Below are positions 1 to 13,076 of a stretch of 64,000 nt of DNA, piece after piece. Source of the DNA: Carcharhinus amblyrhynchos (taxonomy: Eukaryota). Position numbers and translations under genes: made by a program. Each line of letters starts with the position of its first letter. The stretch's first letter is position 1. The notes under the pieces were generated by a model. It was not told the origin of the DNA and did no database searches. It saw only the letters and a program-made list of their open reading frames with translations. The DNA lies in assembly GCA_965287045.1 (NCBI GenBank), contig OZ336884.1, positions 51,584,001 through 51,648,000 on the forward strand. Direction: 5' to 3'.

Positions 1-1049
1 TGTGCAAAGATTTCATGCAACTGTTTTGCAACAACAGAAATATATCTTTCAATGTAGTTAAAATGTATAAATTTAAGATAGGCACAAAACTGAGAGCATC
101 TCTATTACACTGTTCTCCTGTGGACCATTTCCTCTTTGCCATATCTAAAAGCAATGACCTTTGCTGGGGTTCCATTCCAGGGGTCCCAGCAGTTCGACGT
201 TACCTTGCTAAGGTAACCCTCGTTCATGTGTTGATCCAGATAACGAGTGCTTGCAGGTTATTTATCAAGAAGGGTATAACAGCAGTTTGCTTCTGTCCTC
301 GCTTCATGTCCACAGGTGTACACTTTCCAGTAGGAGTCACCAGAGAGCCAGCAGGTATAAAATCCTTAGAAATATTGCCTTTTGTAGTCAAAGAGCTTGG
401 AGGTTAATTGGTGTGCCTCACTGCTGCTCTCTCAGGTTAACTAACTCAGGATGAATCACAGGTCAATTCTATTCTGTATGTTTTACTACACAATATGTTA
501 ATGCATTCTGAACAGCATTAAGAATGTAGTGCTGCTAGCGGTTAATGCAATAGGATTATTGCAAAAAAATATAAGTAGATGTAGTTACAGACAAAATTAC
601 TCAAGGAACAAAGGTTGCTGCATGCCATTTTAAGACCATCACATTTTTGGTTTAAAACTCCCAGACAAGCAAAACCCTATTCGAATTTCTAAATCAACCT
701 ATTTGTAGGTTAATATGGACATCCTCAGAATGGCCTTACACACAATGGCTGGAACTCTACCACCTCGTTCACCATGGAATCAGCGCAGATGAGAGTCTGA
801 CAAAGGAAATCTCCAGTCTCGTCTGAGCAAGGCTGTAAAATCCCACCCATGGTGGCGCAATTTGAACTATATGCATCTCTCCACTGAGGAGAACATTTGG
901 AATTTTGTCCATTCTGCACCCATTCAGAATTCATGAAATGCCACATGAAAGTAATGATTAATTTTTAACCACAAAATTAGTAGAGCTCATAACATAACCA
1001 AGAGAAACTGAAATACCATACAGAAATACCATATGGTACTCTATACCAT

Positions 1050-1566
1050 ACAGGGTATACAGTATAAGAGCTGGAGTCTAATGTTGCAGTTGTATAGAAC
1101 ATTGGTTAGGCTGCATTTAGAGTACTGCGTCCAGTTCTGGTTGCCTTACTACCAGAAGGACGTGGAGACTCTGGAGAGAGTGCAGAGGAGGTTTACCAGG
1201 ATGTTGCCTGGTATGGAAGGACTGGGCTATGAGGAAAGATTGAGCAAACTGGGGCTGTTTTCCCTTGAAAGATGGCGACTGAGGGGGGATCTAATAGAGG
1301 TATATAAGATTATGAAGGGTATAGATAAACAGAAGTAAGCTATTTCCTATGTTAGAGATGCACAGTACGAGGGGCCACGGGCTTAGGGTGAGGGGGAGAA
1401 GTATAACACGGATATTAGAGGGACGTTTTTCACACAGAGGGTAGTGGGGGTATGGAATGCTCTGCCAAGCAAGGTGGTGGAGGCAGGCACTCTGGAGTTG
1501 TTTAGGAGTAACTTAGACAGGCACATGAGTGGGTTGGAGATGGGAGGATATAGGAGATTGTTTTAA
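1050..1566 (+). mobile_element. CR1 LINE ORF2 3' fragment (5'-truncated)
   Basis: LEYCVQFW...LERVQRRFTRMLPG...RLRGDLIEVYKI and FFTQRVVGVWNALP motifs, with small frameshifts. Confidence 0.92.
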
Positions 1567-1782
1567 ATAAGGATCATTAGCATTGGGACGTCCCTGGTAA
1601 TGTAAAAGGATGTGGAATCATACTAATGTTTTTCTCTTTTAATTCACAGGTTTTAAGTCGATCCGCCTCGTTGCCCAACGAGGGGCATACACGCGATGGG
1701 TCGTACTAGGGCTGCTCTTGGATGTTCGAGAGTAGCCTAGTGCTTCATGTCGTTAGTGTGTGCTTAAACTGGACCAGATGCT

Positions 1783-2098
1783 GGGCAACATGACAGCTCA
1801 GTGACTATCGCTGATTGCTGTGCAGACACAAGGATTTGGGCCGGTGTCTGTGGGAGTTTGCGCATTCTCCCCGTGCTTGCGTGGGTTTTCTGCGGGTGCT
1901 CTGGTTTCCTCCCACACCCCAAAGATGTGCTACTAGGCTGATTGGAGGTAATAAATTGTCCCTAAATTAGTTTCCCTCAATGTGGAATGCCAAAGCATAG
2001 ATAAAGGTCACGGGAGAAGGGGGGGACTGGTAATGACAAAATGGCGGCGTGGGCTTGTTGGGCCAAAGGGCCTGTTTCCCAGGCTGTTTTTGTTCTTA
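1783..2098 (+). mobile_element. V-SINE (HE1-like) with CR1-type 3' tail
   Basis: V-domain core gtttgcgcattctccccgtg...gggtgctctggtttcctcccacac; tail gggccaaagggcctgtttcc. Confidence 0.8.
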
Positions 2099-4392
2099 AA
2101 ACAAAATCACCAAAATCCATGCAAATCCTTTGCTTGCTCAATGCCTGTCAGCATTTCATGGTTAGTAATATCTGGATGATTAGCAATTAATGAAAAACAC
2201 AAAAATAAAATTATTAGTAACAAGAAATAATATGGAATAAAAGTTTATTGGACGTGTGACCTGTTTCTCCCCCTTTTAATATCTTGGATAGGTGTCTATG
2301 CTCTTGATTTCCAACATGGTGCTTTAGGCATCACACTGACCATATTGTTACTCACAAAAGCAGCAGCAACACAAATAGCTTCTTCCACTTGCACAGTTGA
2401 AGAGCAATTCTTGTGAAATCCCCTGTGCATGTCTATTAGTGCAAGGGTTAATATTGCAGCATCTTTCTTTGGTGGTCTACAGAGTCTAATTTCAAAATCC
2501 ACAATATGTCATACAAAACCCATCCCTGAGCCAATTTATGCCCCTTTGTAATAATCCCAGCAGTATCACTGACATTTACATTCTACTGATGACAACAGCA
2601 TAGCAAAATGCTGCAACATTCGCTGCCTTTCTGCTCCCCCAACCCCAAGGGCACAAAGAAAGAAAAATACTCTGCTGCAAATTTTGTTTTCTTTCTGTAA
2701 AAACAGTGTGAAGAAAATATGCAACAGAGCTAATGCAGAAAAGGAATTTAATAATTTTAAAACAGAAAATGGTTATGGCTAAGTTAAAGAGATATTGCAG
2801 ATCTTAAGTTTGTTGACAACCATATTTCATAAGTTGCTTCTCATCTTGATTTACATTTTATAATTAAGGGGTTTACAATTTATCAATAGAATGATTTTCT
2901 TATAGTGATGGCCAATAATGAATTACAGACTATTTACGTTTGAAGTTAGAAATGACTGCTGACTATGAAAATTTCAATGTGTTTGCATGACATTCCTCTG
3001 CAGTTTTAAAGGAGACATGTTAACCCACTCAAGATAATTAGCTCCTTTGAAATCGTGGACAGAGGAACAACGCACAATTGCATGCTATTCATCTGCTAAT
3101 ATTTCCAAAAGTAATTACCGTTCTTCTCTCATTATCTTTTAGTATATCTCATCAGGAAAGTGCCCCCAGGGACAGCACTTCCAAAAGATCACACCTGGTT
3201 ATGAAACTAAGCCTTAAGTTCGCTGGTCTAGATTTTCAGTTTCAACTTCTTTGCAAGTAGAAAAGTTTTATAGTTTACTGACAAGTACTGACAGGACAGC
3301 CTCAGGTGTTCTTCATGTGCAGGTGGCTTCCATATAACTTCAACATGGAGCTTTCTATTTACTTAACAACCCATCACCCACTCCAATGTCCCTTCTCCTC
3401 CTCTCCTGTAGTACTCATTCAAGCGACCATTCCTCAAGTGGAAGGTACAGCAGTGAGTTGCAGTAAGCAACAAGACAGTGGGAAACACCATAGACATGCA
3501 CAATTCTATCCTCTCTCAACCAACACATATGTTGCAGCAAATCAACAGACAGGAATTAGGAGTTGAAAGCCTTCATGATATTTCTTTAAGTCCTTTGCTA
3601 CCCCTTTAACTGGGACAGCTCAGTTAATTTACAACCATGCTATACACTTAATGTTGCGGTGAGATTAGGCAGTCAAAATATAACATTGAAACCAGTTACA
3701 CCCACTTTTTCCTTTATACATTTTGTTCACATTAATTGTGTTAGGGACCAATCAATCCGACAGTTAACTGATTGAAGAATTTAAAGGGAACGAACTTCCA
3801 ATGCGAGTTAACTAAGAAGGTTCAAAACTAAGATTATCAGAGTTTGCATGAATTGGGAACCTCACTACATTTAACAAAAGGCTGTTTCATGGTGCAGGCA
3901 AACAAAGGTTTCAATATATTGCATCCAGAGTTGGCCACTCATCTTGATATTTGGGCTCTTTCTTCACTACGTAACTTATGAATCCTTGCTAGAAACTTCT
4001 TCATCTGGACAGTTCACTACCTTCTTTGGAAAACCTCCAAGAAAACTAACTGCAATTTTGGTTTGTCTCTTTCAATCCTTCCCATCTCCTGCTGGAACGC
4101 TTCTCTTCATATATAAAATCCTCATGTTATTTTATACCTAGCACCATATCAATGTAAGTAGTGGTGAGTTACTCATGTGATCTTGGTCAGAGATCAAAGA
4201 GATGTCCATACTGCCAGGGTGGGTGAAAAGGAGTAGTGGCAATGATGACACTTCCGAAAATGCGAGGGTATCCTAGTCAACAGCAGAACTTAAAAGATGC
4301 AAGAGCTAAATTTAAAAAACCAAAGGAATACACATTACAAAAACAAAGGACACACAGAGTTCCAGGTTAATGGCTTAATCCACATTCTCAAT

Positions 4393-5143
4393 AAGAACAT
4401 AAGAACATAAGAAATAGGAGCAGGAGTAGGCCATCTAGCCCTTCGAGCCTGCCCCGCCATGCAATAAGATCATGGCTGAACTGTCGCTGCTCAGTTCCAC
4501 TTTCCCGCCCTCTCCCCATAACCCTTAATCCCCTCTCTTATCAAAAACCCATCAACCCGCGTCTTAAAAATATTTAGCGAGGCAGCCTCCACCACTTCAA
4601 CAGGCAGAGAATTCCAGAGATTCACCACCCTTTGAGTGAAGAAGTTCCTCCTCAACTCCGTTCTAAACCACCCCCCTTTTATCTTGAGGCTGTGCCCCCT
4701 AGTCCTACTGTCTTTTTTGAGCGGGAAGAGTCTCTCCACCTCTATCCTATCCATCCCATTCATCATCTTATACGTCTCAATGAGATCTCCCTTCATTCTT
4801 CTAAACTCTAACGAGTACAAGCCCAGTTTATTCAGCCTCTCCTCATAGCTCAACCCCCTCAACTCCGGTATCAGCCTAGTAAACCTCCTTTGCACTCCCT
4901 CCAAGGCCAAAATATCTTTGCGCAGGTGCGGCGCCCAAAACTGCACACAGTACTCCAGCTGCGGCCTCACCAATGCCCTATACAGCTGCAGCAAGACCTC
5001 CCTACTTTTATACTCAATCCCCCTTGCTATGAAGGCCAGCATCCCATTTGCCTTCCTGACCACCTGCTGCACCTGCAAGCTGGGTTTTTGCGACTCATGC
5101 ACAAGGACCCCGAGGTCCCTCTGCACCGTCGCCTGCTGCAGTT
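4393..5143 (-). mobile_element. CR1 LINE 3' end, young (uninterrupted ORF2 C-terminus, 3' UTR, (ATGTTCTT)n tail)
   Basis: ORF 4491..5171: RDLGVLV...LEYCVQFW...FFTQRVVNLWNSLP; aagaacat repeats at 4393-4412. Confidence 0.95.
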
Positions 5144-6269
5144 TATAAAACGTCAGAAAAAAGGATGTCAAGAAAATCGATGATTCTGAACATCATGTGA
5201 ATATGGAAATTTAAGCACTCCAAACTCAGAACAATGAAAATCATTCATATTTTTGCGAAATGCCAATGGAACCGAAAACCACTGTGGTGTATGAAGGCTT
5301 TAACAAGATGCCAGGGTTTATGGTGTTTTAATAAAACAAGAAAATGCACTGATTGTTGGGACATTTTTGAAGATGTCCTTTTCTCAATGTTGGTTAATAT
5401 TCATTGCTGCCCAAAGCTCGCTTGTCCCAAAACCGTAAAATCCCACTGGAGATCAATGGATCTTCTCTGCTCCGTCCCTCACCCATTCTGATTCCTGTGG
5501 CTGGTGGGGCAGGAAAATTCTGGCCCATAGGTTTGGAGGATTGCATTGCTGTCTCTGATGACTTTTGAGCAAAAGTCAGCATGGCCAGAACAAGTTTACA
5601 TTCATCTCAACTTATCACTAAGGGTGGCAAAGAAAGGAGTTTTACACCTATAGGTACAATACTTCCATTCCAACATCTCTTAACAATCCACTTATAACCA
5701 AGTCATTATCCTGACCATTTCAATTCCTGTAAATGTTTTTTTATGAACTATTTTATCTGTACAAATTTAACTGCAGTTGTATGTCCACCAATGGCTTCAG
5801 CTGCACATCAGTGGGCACAAAGGAATGGCAGGCCCAATAACATGCCTTCGACAATCTGGTTATGCAAAGTTAACTCATACACCATGAATTACAGATACAA
5901 CTTCCTGACAACGGAAAAACATTGTAAACACCTACCACTGTAACCTTTCTGAGCTGTTAATATTAATGATATTATAGCAGGAAAAGCAATAATGGGGTAA
6001 AGAGATTTCTTTGCAATTGGGCAGTGAAGAAAAAGAATCCAAATTGGGACAACATTCAACTTAAACAGACAAACATTTTTGATTCCGACATTCATCCTTA
6101 ATCCAAAATATTCTGTGAATGCAACTTAATATCTCCGGAAATGCTTTTAATGACAGATTATTTATCCTTATAAAACTGTGTGTTAGTTTGTTTAAATCCA
6201 CAATATAAATTCATGCAGCAATGCAACAAAATGGGTGGGGGTCGTATTAACTTCCCATGGAATACAAAT

Positions 6270-6275
6270 TTTATT
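6270..6275 (-). terminator. Candidate intronic polyadenylation signal (Dp40-like)
   Basis: AATAAA on the minus strand ~68 nt after exon 70, followed by a U/GU-rich stretch. Confidence 0.4.
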
Positions 6276-6343
6276 GGTGCGTATAAGATCACAGAGAACA
6301 TTTAAGTATTATGGAAATAATAAGTGTCTCACACAATACTTAC

Positions 6344-6480
6344 GTTTCTAAGTTATCCCCCTCCAGAACTGTCTGTACTGGCAGATATCCCATCCGAGGA
6401 TGTTTTGCAAAGTATCTCTTTGTTCGGAACTTGTTTTTTAATACCTTGGCGAAATCTCGGACATCTTCTCCTGAAGTTGT
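6344..6480 (-). CDS. DMD: Dystrophin exon 70 equivalent
   Basis: 137 nt, cctcag|ACAAC...GAAAC|gtaagt; [46 protein letters not shown]. Confidence 0.97.
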
Positions 6481-6724
6481 CTGAGGGAAATGCAACCGTA
6501 AATTAAATTCTGCACTAATCCTTCAGCTGGAAGTTATCATTTATATTTTGCACACAGTAAATTTGAACAAACATGTCACAGAATTAAAGAAAAGAAACAT
6601 TAGTTGTATCTTTGTGACCATTACACTGTGGAGTTGCTTCTGACAATAAACATCAATGGGAGCATAGGCATCATCTTCGATGTCAAGGGAGCATCACCAC
6701 AACTGACGAACCACCTGTGCTTTT

Positions 6725-6890
6725 TTTTCCACAATTCATTTATAGGATGTGGATGTCGCTGGCTAGGCCAGTATTTCTTGCCCATCCCTGGTTGTCTTTG
6801 AGAAGATGGTGATGAACTGGCTTCTTGAACTGCTGCAGTGCCTGAGGAGTAGGTACACCCACAGTGCTATTAGGGATAGAGTTCCAAGAT
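6725..6890 (-). mobile_element. LINE/SINE 3' tail fragment (same tail as 46945-47085 and 58595-58690)
   Basis: Shared motif gtcgctggctaggccag...ttgcccatccct...gagaagatggtgatgaactg...ttcttgaac. Confidence 0.65.
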
Positions 6891-9800
6891 TGCTAAACAA
6901 GATTTTAAAATTCTATGTGAATAAGAGTTTGCTTCTCTGGCTGGCACAGCAACAAAGCTGTATTCGGTATCAATGCTGTTGCCTTGGGAATTTTCCCATC
7001 CCACCCACCATGGGAATCATAGTAGACGGGAACAGACCATGCAAAGATCCAATGACCTCGGGTGGGAATTTCCGGCCTGGGGGCAAGTGTAGTCAGAACA
7101 TCCCACCTATAAGAGTCTGCAGTGTGCTTAGGTTTGCAGTTTCCTGGAATAGGACACAAGATCTGCAAAAGACTCCTTCGAACAGCCCAGAAGAACTTTT
7201 AGACACATCGGGGTGATCTTTCCCCGTGTGTGTGAGAGAGAGGGAAAGAAGGAGTGGAGAGAGGTTTTGCGTTGGAAGATTTGGGATGCAAGTTGGAAGC
7301 TAGCAGGAAGAATATTGGGAAATGAGGTTAGAGGATGTGGGCTCAAAAGAAGATGGCAAAGTCTCACCATGATGTTGCTCCTGAGGCACAATATGTAATT
7401 GTTCTCATTTTTGAGATAGAACTTTTGAAGAATTATAAATTAATACTGGTAGAAATAGTAAGGTGGAGATTCTTGTGCTAGAAACCAAGCTTGTGATTTC
7501 TCCAAAACTGACTTTTTAGGTTTAATTTCAATAATTGGGACAAGCTGCCATCACTTGTCTTGCGTTCAGGGGCAGTTCACCCAATGCAGGGTTCAGATTT
7601 GCTACCAAATCCGGCACATTTGAACAGTGAACTGCAAGAGGGCCAAGTATAGGCCAGCAGTGACTGTGGAGCTGGCTGAGTCAAGCCTGCTAATCCACTG
7701 AAGGGCAAGTAAAAAAAATGCTCCCTGCCATTTCTTCAGCATTTTCTTGCAGCCTATTAAGAATTATTGTTTAGGATGCTGCAGAACTGGAAAAGTTGCT
7801 CAGATCTTTACAGCACACATTCCACGCCTTTTTGCAGAAAGGTCCTGAAACAGATGCAATACCTTTCTTTGTATATTTAAATCCAACCATCCTCAACTTT
7901 CAAGTCTAGCCAGACACTTTAAAACAGTACAGACCAGCATAGAGATGGCCATGTTGCCAGTGCAGATCAGATGCAGGACTATGTGCCCAGAAATTGCTAA
8001 AAAGATATGAAACACATTGTACTCCAATGCATCCAAATAGGTTTTGCTGAATGTGGCCCGTACCAACTGCCAGGATATCGGCTCAAGTCCACTGTACAAA
8101 ATTAGTTTGACATCACTGGTCAATACAGTTAAGCAAAGGTCTGTGGCCAGATTGATAGTCACAAGCATGATATTACACCAACTGTTCATAAAATCTGGAG
8201 CAGCTGTCCATGTTTAAATCTGGAAATTATGAGAAAGGATAATAACAGCTGCCACTGGAAGTGCCTCCATAATAGAAAGTGCAACTGGAATAAGAATGAA
8301 GGTGGATTATCTCAAATCACAAACACAATTAATCTTCAAACACTAAACTTTAAGGTTTTCAGTTAAAGGGCATTTTCAATTTGCAGAGCTATTTGTTCTT
8401 TTACTGCTGCATGGATTTATGTTAGCTAAATAAAAATGAGCTAGGAAGTATAATTAATTAAACTGTAAATGAAGAAATTGCAAATGAATGATTGCTGGGA
8501 TTTTAAGCTTTTACACAAAGACAAGAATGGTTAGATCTTCTACTTTCCAAAGTATTCCATGCCTTGTATTTTGAGAATGTTGATGCAACATAAATAAAAT
8601 AAACAACCCATTACTGATAGGCAGAAAAAAATGCCTACACAATATGGCTGAAATCTTCTGTCCTCGTTTGTGGCTAGGATTTTCCAGTACTGATGGAAGT
8701 TAATGGGAATTTTGACTGGAACTCCAAATTTTCCATTCTGGCTCACAATGGATCCCCGCCACAGACGAGACTGGGGAATTCCACCCCAGGTCACTTTAAT
8801 CTCGGTTTTTTTGCTCAAAACTCTGGTTTTAACACAATCAATTCCCAATAAATGTAATGGAAATTCTTGATTTTCTAATGACTTCAGGGTCAGAAACATG
8901 GTTCCACGCTTCATTTACAAGTACAATGAAAACTTCATTAGAACAGAAATGAAAATAACTGCACGTTGGCCACCGCAGTAAAGCAGAACGGGTTTCCATA
9001 ATAAAGATGGAGATGACAAGTTAGCAATCTAATAATGTTCTACATGGTTAATGGCAGCAGATGGATTTTAATTTTTATTTTGCTGTGGAAATTTCTCCAG
9101 CCGTATGCAAATACGATTTTGCATGGTAGTTTCTGTGATGAATTAATGAACAAGTGGGAAAAGTTTAGACTGGTTGGAGAGAAAAGCAGCTAGGGGTTCT
9201 CAACCAGGAAACCCAACCTTGCTTTTAAATCTAAGCCTAACAATATTTCCAAGGTCCACCGTGGCTGCTCACTATTGGCAAGATCTTGCAGCCCCACCGG
9301 AGTCAACTGTGATTTACATTCCCCACCCCAGCCAGGGGTCAACTTTCGTGGCACCGGAAGTCCACTCCCGTGAAATTATTAGGAGTAATTTTTAATCAGC
9401 TGCCTGCTTCACATCTTTTCAGAATGTTATTGCTAGTAAGCCAAAATTACCCCATTATATCTTTGCTTGGGTAAAGGAAAAAGACTGACTTACACTTATA
9501 TAGCACCTTTCCCCAACTCAATATATCCCAAAACACTTTATAATTTATAAAGTACTTCCGAAGTGCAGTCACCGAGTTGGGCATAATTCCACCGAAGCAG
9601 CAAACATCCATATTTTTTTCTCTCCTTTATCTGGGAAATCTATACCATCCTGATCACTGTATCAGTTGAAGACAGTTAACGCAGCACTAAACCACAGATC
9701 ATGTTTGGAATCATTCCTCATTTGTAAAGCTTAGCTGCTTACAGGATAGTTTCAGTGAATCTATGAGGGAATTCAGATCTCAGATCTAACACCAGCCTTC

Positions 9801-10652
9801 ACTGTGCTTAACTTGTTATTTATTTTTCAGTCAGTGAACAGTTCTTCCTATTTCACCTGGAGGAGTGTAAAAGCAAATTCCCTTCCTGAAGCCTTTTCAC
9901 ATTGGGAGAGGGAATCTCTTTTGGCATTCAATGATTTTTTTCCAATCAACTTTAGACACGCGAGTCTCCCTACAACCATTCTGAACCAAGAATGTGAGGC
10001 CATTTCCCACAGTGAGGTATGAGCAGAAGAGTTCATTCCTGCTCTCAACACTGAGGAGCAGAATTAATGATATCTATGCAAACATTCCTGAACTGGAACC
10101 ACAAAAATTCTCCCAATGCCCATGGTATTGGAGCTGTCAAAAATAATGAAAGAAAGTCACCGCAACAATACATACAATTCCACAATTAAGGAAGAGTGAA
10201 TTTTGAGTTCACAAGACCTTGAAAACTATTGTTTTGTGAGCTATCTTTGCTTTGATGTGTCATTCATTTACTGCAACATCAAGCTGGCCACCAAATATAT
10301 TAATATCCAATTAACTTTTGATGAAACTGGTCTAAAAGAAAGACAAATTTACATTTACAGAGGCAATGTGCATTGTTGGCAAACCTTGTGGAAGTAAATG
10401 GAGTAAAGATGGAACACCATTAAAAACATTAATCTAATTTTCACACAATCACTTCCAGCACGTTCATTTTTTAGTTCTTTATATAAAGTTGCATGACTGA
10501 ATGTCAGAATAAAACGCTGCCACAACTATCTCAAACACCCAATGAAACTGGCAAACTGAAAGCTCAGTTACTGAAAGGGCTGTTTAGTTAAGAGGATACA
10601 GTGAAAGAAATGACTATGATTCTGCATTTTGCATATGCAGTTCATAACTTAC

Positions 10653-10764
10653 CGGTGTGCAGTATTCCACCATTGGGTAATGCATTTTATGTCCTTTTGC
10701 TGTTCGACCAGAAAAGAAGCAGCTTTGGCAGACATCATAATTAAAGTGCTTTAAACTTCGGTAC
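10653..10764 (-). CDS. DMD: Dystrophin exon 69 equivalent (ZZ domain)
   Basis: 112 nt, atacag|GTACC...CACCG|gtaagt; [37 protein letters not shown]. Confidence 0.97.
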
Positions 10765-11658
10765 CTGTATTGAAAAAGTTCACAAAAAAGTGGGTGAAAC
10801 TACATTCCTTGCACCTCTTGAATCTAAATATATTCAATTAGAATGATTTGCGCAAAGTCTCCTTATCCTGATTTTACCTTGCCTGGACCAGGGCTACTAA
10901 AGAGAACTGTCATACTACTTAGGGCATCAACCACCTCAGGTCAAATTGCAGATCACGTCATCATCCAGTGAATGCTGTATTTTACAGCTGATCCACTGTG
11001 GAATTTTGTAAACGTATAGTCTATACTAATACTGTTTATACCCATTGATAAGATGATCTAGGTTCAAGAATATATTTGTACTTTTCAACCAAAAATCCTG
11101 CCATCAGTGGCAGAAGCCCTCAGCGCCTCAAAAGCCAGTCTCAGTGGCCCAAAACTGACTTCTTACTTCACCCTGAGCTACCTGGAAACATCTGCAGCTT
11201 GCCAGTCTTATTTAAATGAAGCTACAGAGTCTTGGCCTTGCCAGTTCCAGTGCAGGAATTGTTTCCTGCATCCAGTTTGCACAGGCATGCTGACACTATC
11301 AAATTTTTATTCTTTAGTCTTTGCCCAACCCCTTGCCACCCCATACCATTCTAATTCTTTCATAATACGTCAGTTGTCACACTACGGTTAACATGAGGAG
11401 TTAGGAAATACTTCCGTTCCTTATTTGGGGCATGAGATTAGACCGTAGTAAACTGATCCAATCAGTTCTGTCATTTCCTCACACAAATAGGTTTTCCAAT
11501 TTTTTTCAGCTTTTTTTCATAGAGATTAGATAGCTACTTTGTTGTCTAATATAATGTACTGTATTGTATTCCATACAAATAGAAAAGATCAATGAACAGT
11601 ATCAATAATGCTTGCTTTTTCAATGCCTTCTAAAGTCTCTCCCATTTACTGCAAGTGA

Positions 11659-11692
11659 ATGCGTGCGTGCGTGTGTGTGTGCGCGCGCACGT
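11659..11692. repeat. Alternating purine-pyrimidine microsatellite (GCGT/GT/GC)
   Basis: tgcgtgcgtgcgtgtgtgtgtgcgcgcgcacgta. Confidence 0.85.
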
Positions 11693-12632
11693 ATAGGAAT
11701 TGATTCAGTGGAAAGTTTCTAAGGCCAACTGAAGATAAGCTGCAGGTTATGTTCTGAAAGGTATTTTTGGGTACGTTAACATTTGAATATCAAACTAAAG
11801 TGAAAACCAATGTCAAAACTCAGCTGTGAACATCCATGTTTATCAATCCATGACTTGTAGGAACTTAAGTCCTTCTATACAAGGTTCTGGCTGTGTTTAT
11901 ATACTGTCTGGGAGGGTGAATGGATATTTGTGTCATTGCATAGTCTGGTTCTCCCAAAGTTTGCTCGATGAAATTAAGTAGGTTACTGAGGATCACACAA
12001 GTTGTTTAAAGGTTTGGTTTCAATGACAGAGCAAGATTGTTTGCAAATCATTTTTTAGACTGCTGGAAATGTGAAGGGAGGTCATGTGGATAAGTACTTA
12101 ACTGTTGAAATGATTGAATGAAAGTTGCGTTACAGAAGCCTTGAAATTCCTGTAAATGCACAATGACAGAACTTCAACCAGATTTTTGTTTATGTGCCCA
12201 ACATTATTAGGCACGTATTCAAAAATGGTATTCCAGTTTCCCTAATACAAAGCACGTAACAACACTTGGAAGCCAGGCAACATATTTTTGTTCTTTGCTT
12301 CTTATTATCCATCTGTACTTTGCCTGCTGTATTATTATACTCCCTATTCACAAGGTGCTGCAGTTGCAGGGAGGCAGTGGAAAACCCCCTCTGTTTACTT
12401 ACTGCCTAATTCAGGCAGAAAATTCAGGGCTAAAAATTTGTCCAATGATTATTATGTGATTGTTTTGAAATAAACAGAAAGAGTAAAGCTTCTTAATTTC
12501 ACACAGTTAAAACAATTTCCTTTCTGCCAATTAAAAGATACAAAATCTCCATGATGGAGCCATGAATAAAGAGTACCTACAACTTTTAATTGTTGTGTTC
12601 CAAAATTTTCCACTAAGGTTTTGGATCATTTA

Positions 12633-13076
<444 letters not shown>

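Noticed and set aside
15-407. 130-aa + strand ORF, and an exon-like 46-nt segment on the minus strand near 204-249
   Set aside because: No recognisable protein similarity; the peptide and phase do not match dystrophin exon 71 or 72.
7860-8270. Possible decayed transposase fragment
   Set aside because: Stops in the frames examined and no diagnostic motif.
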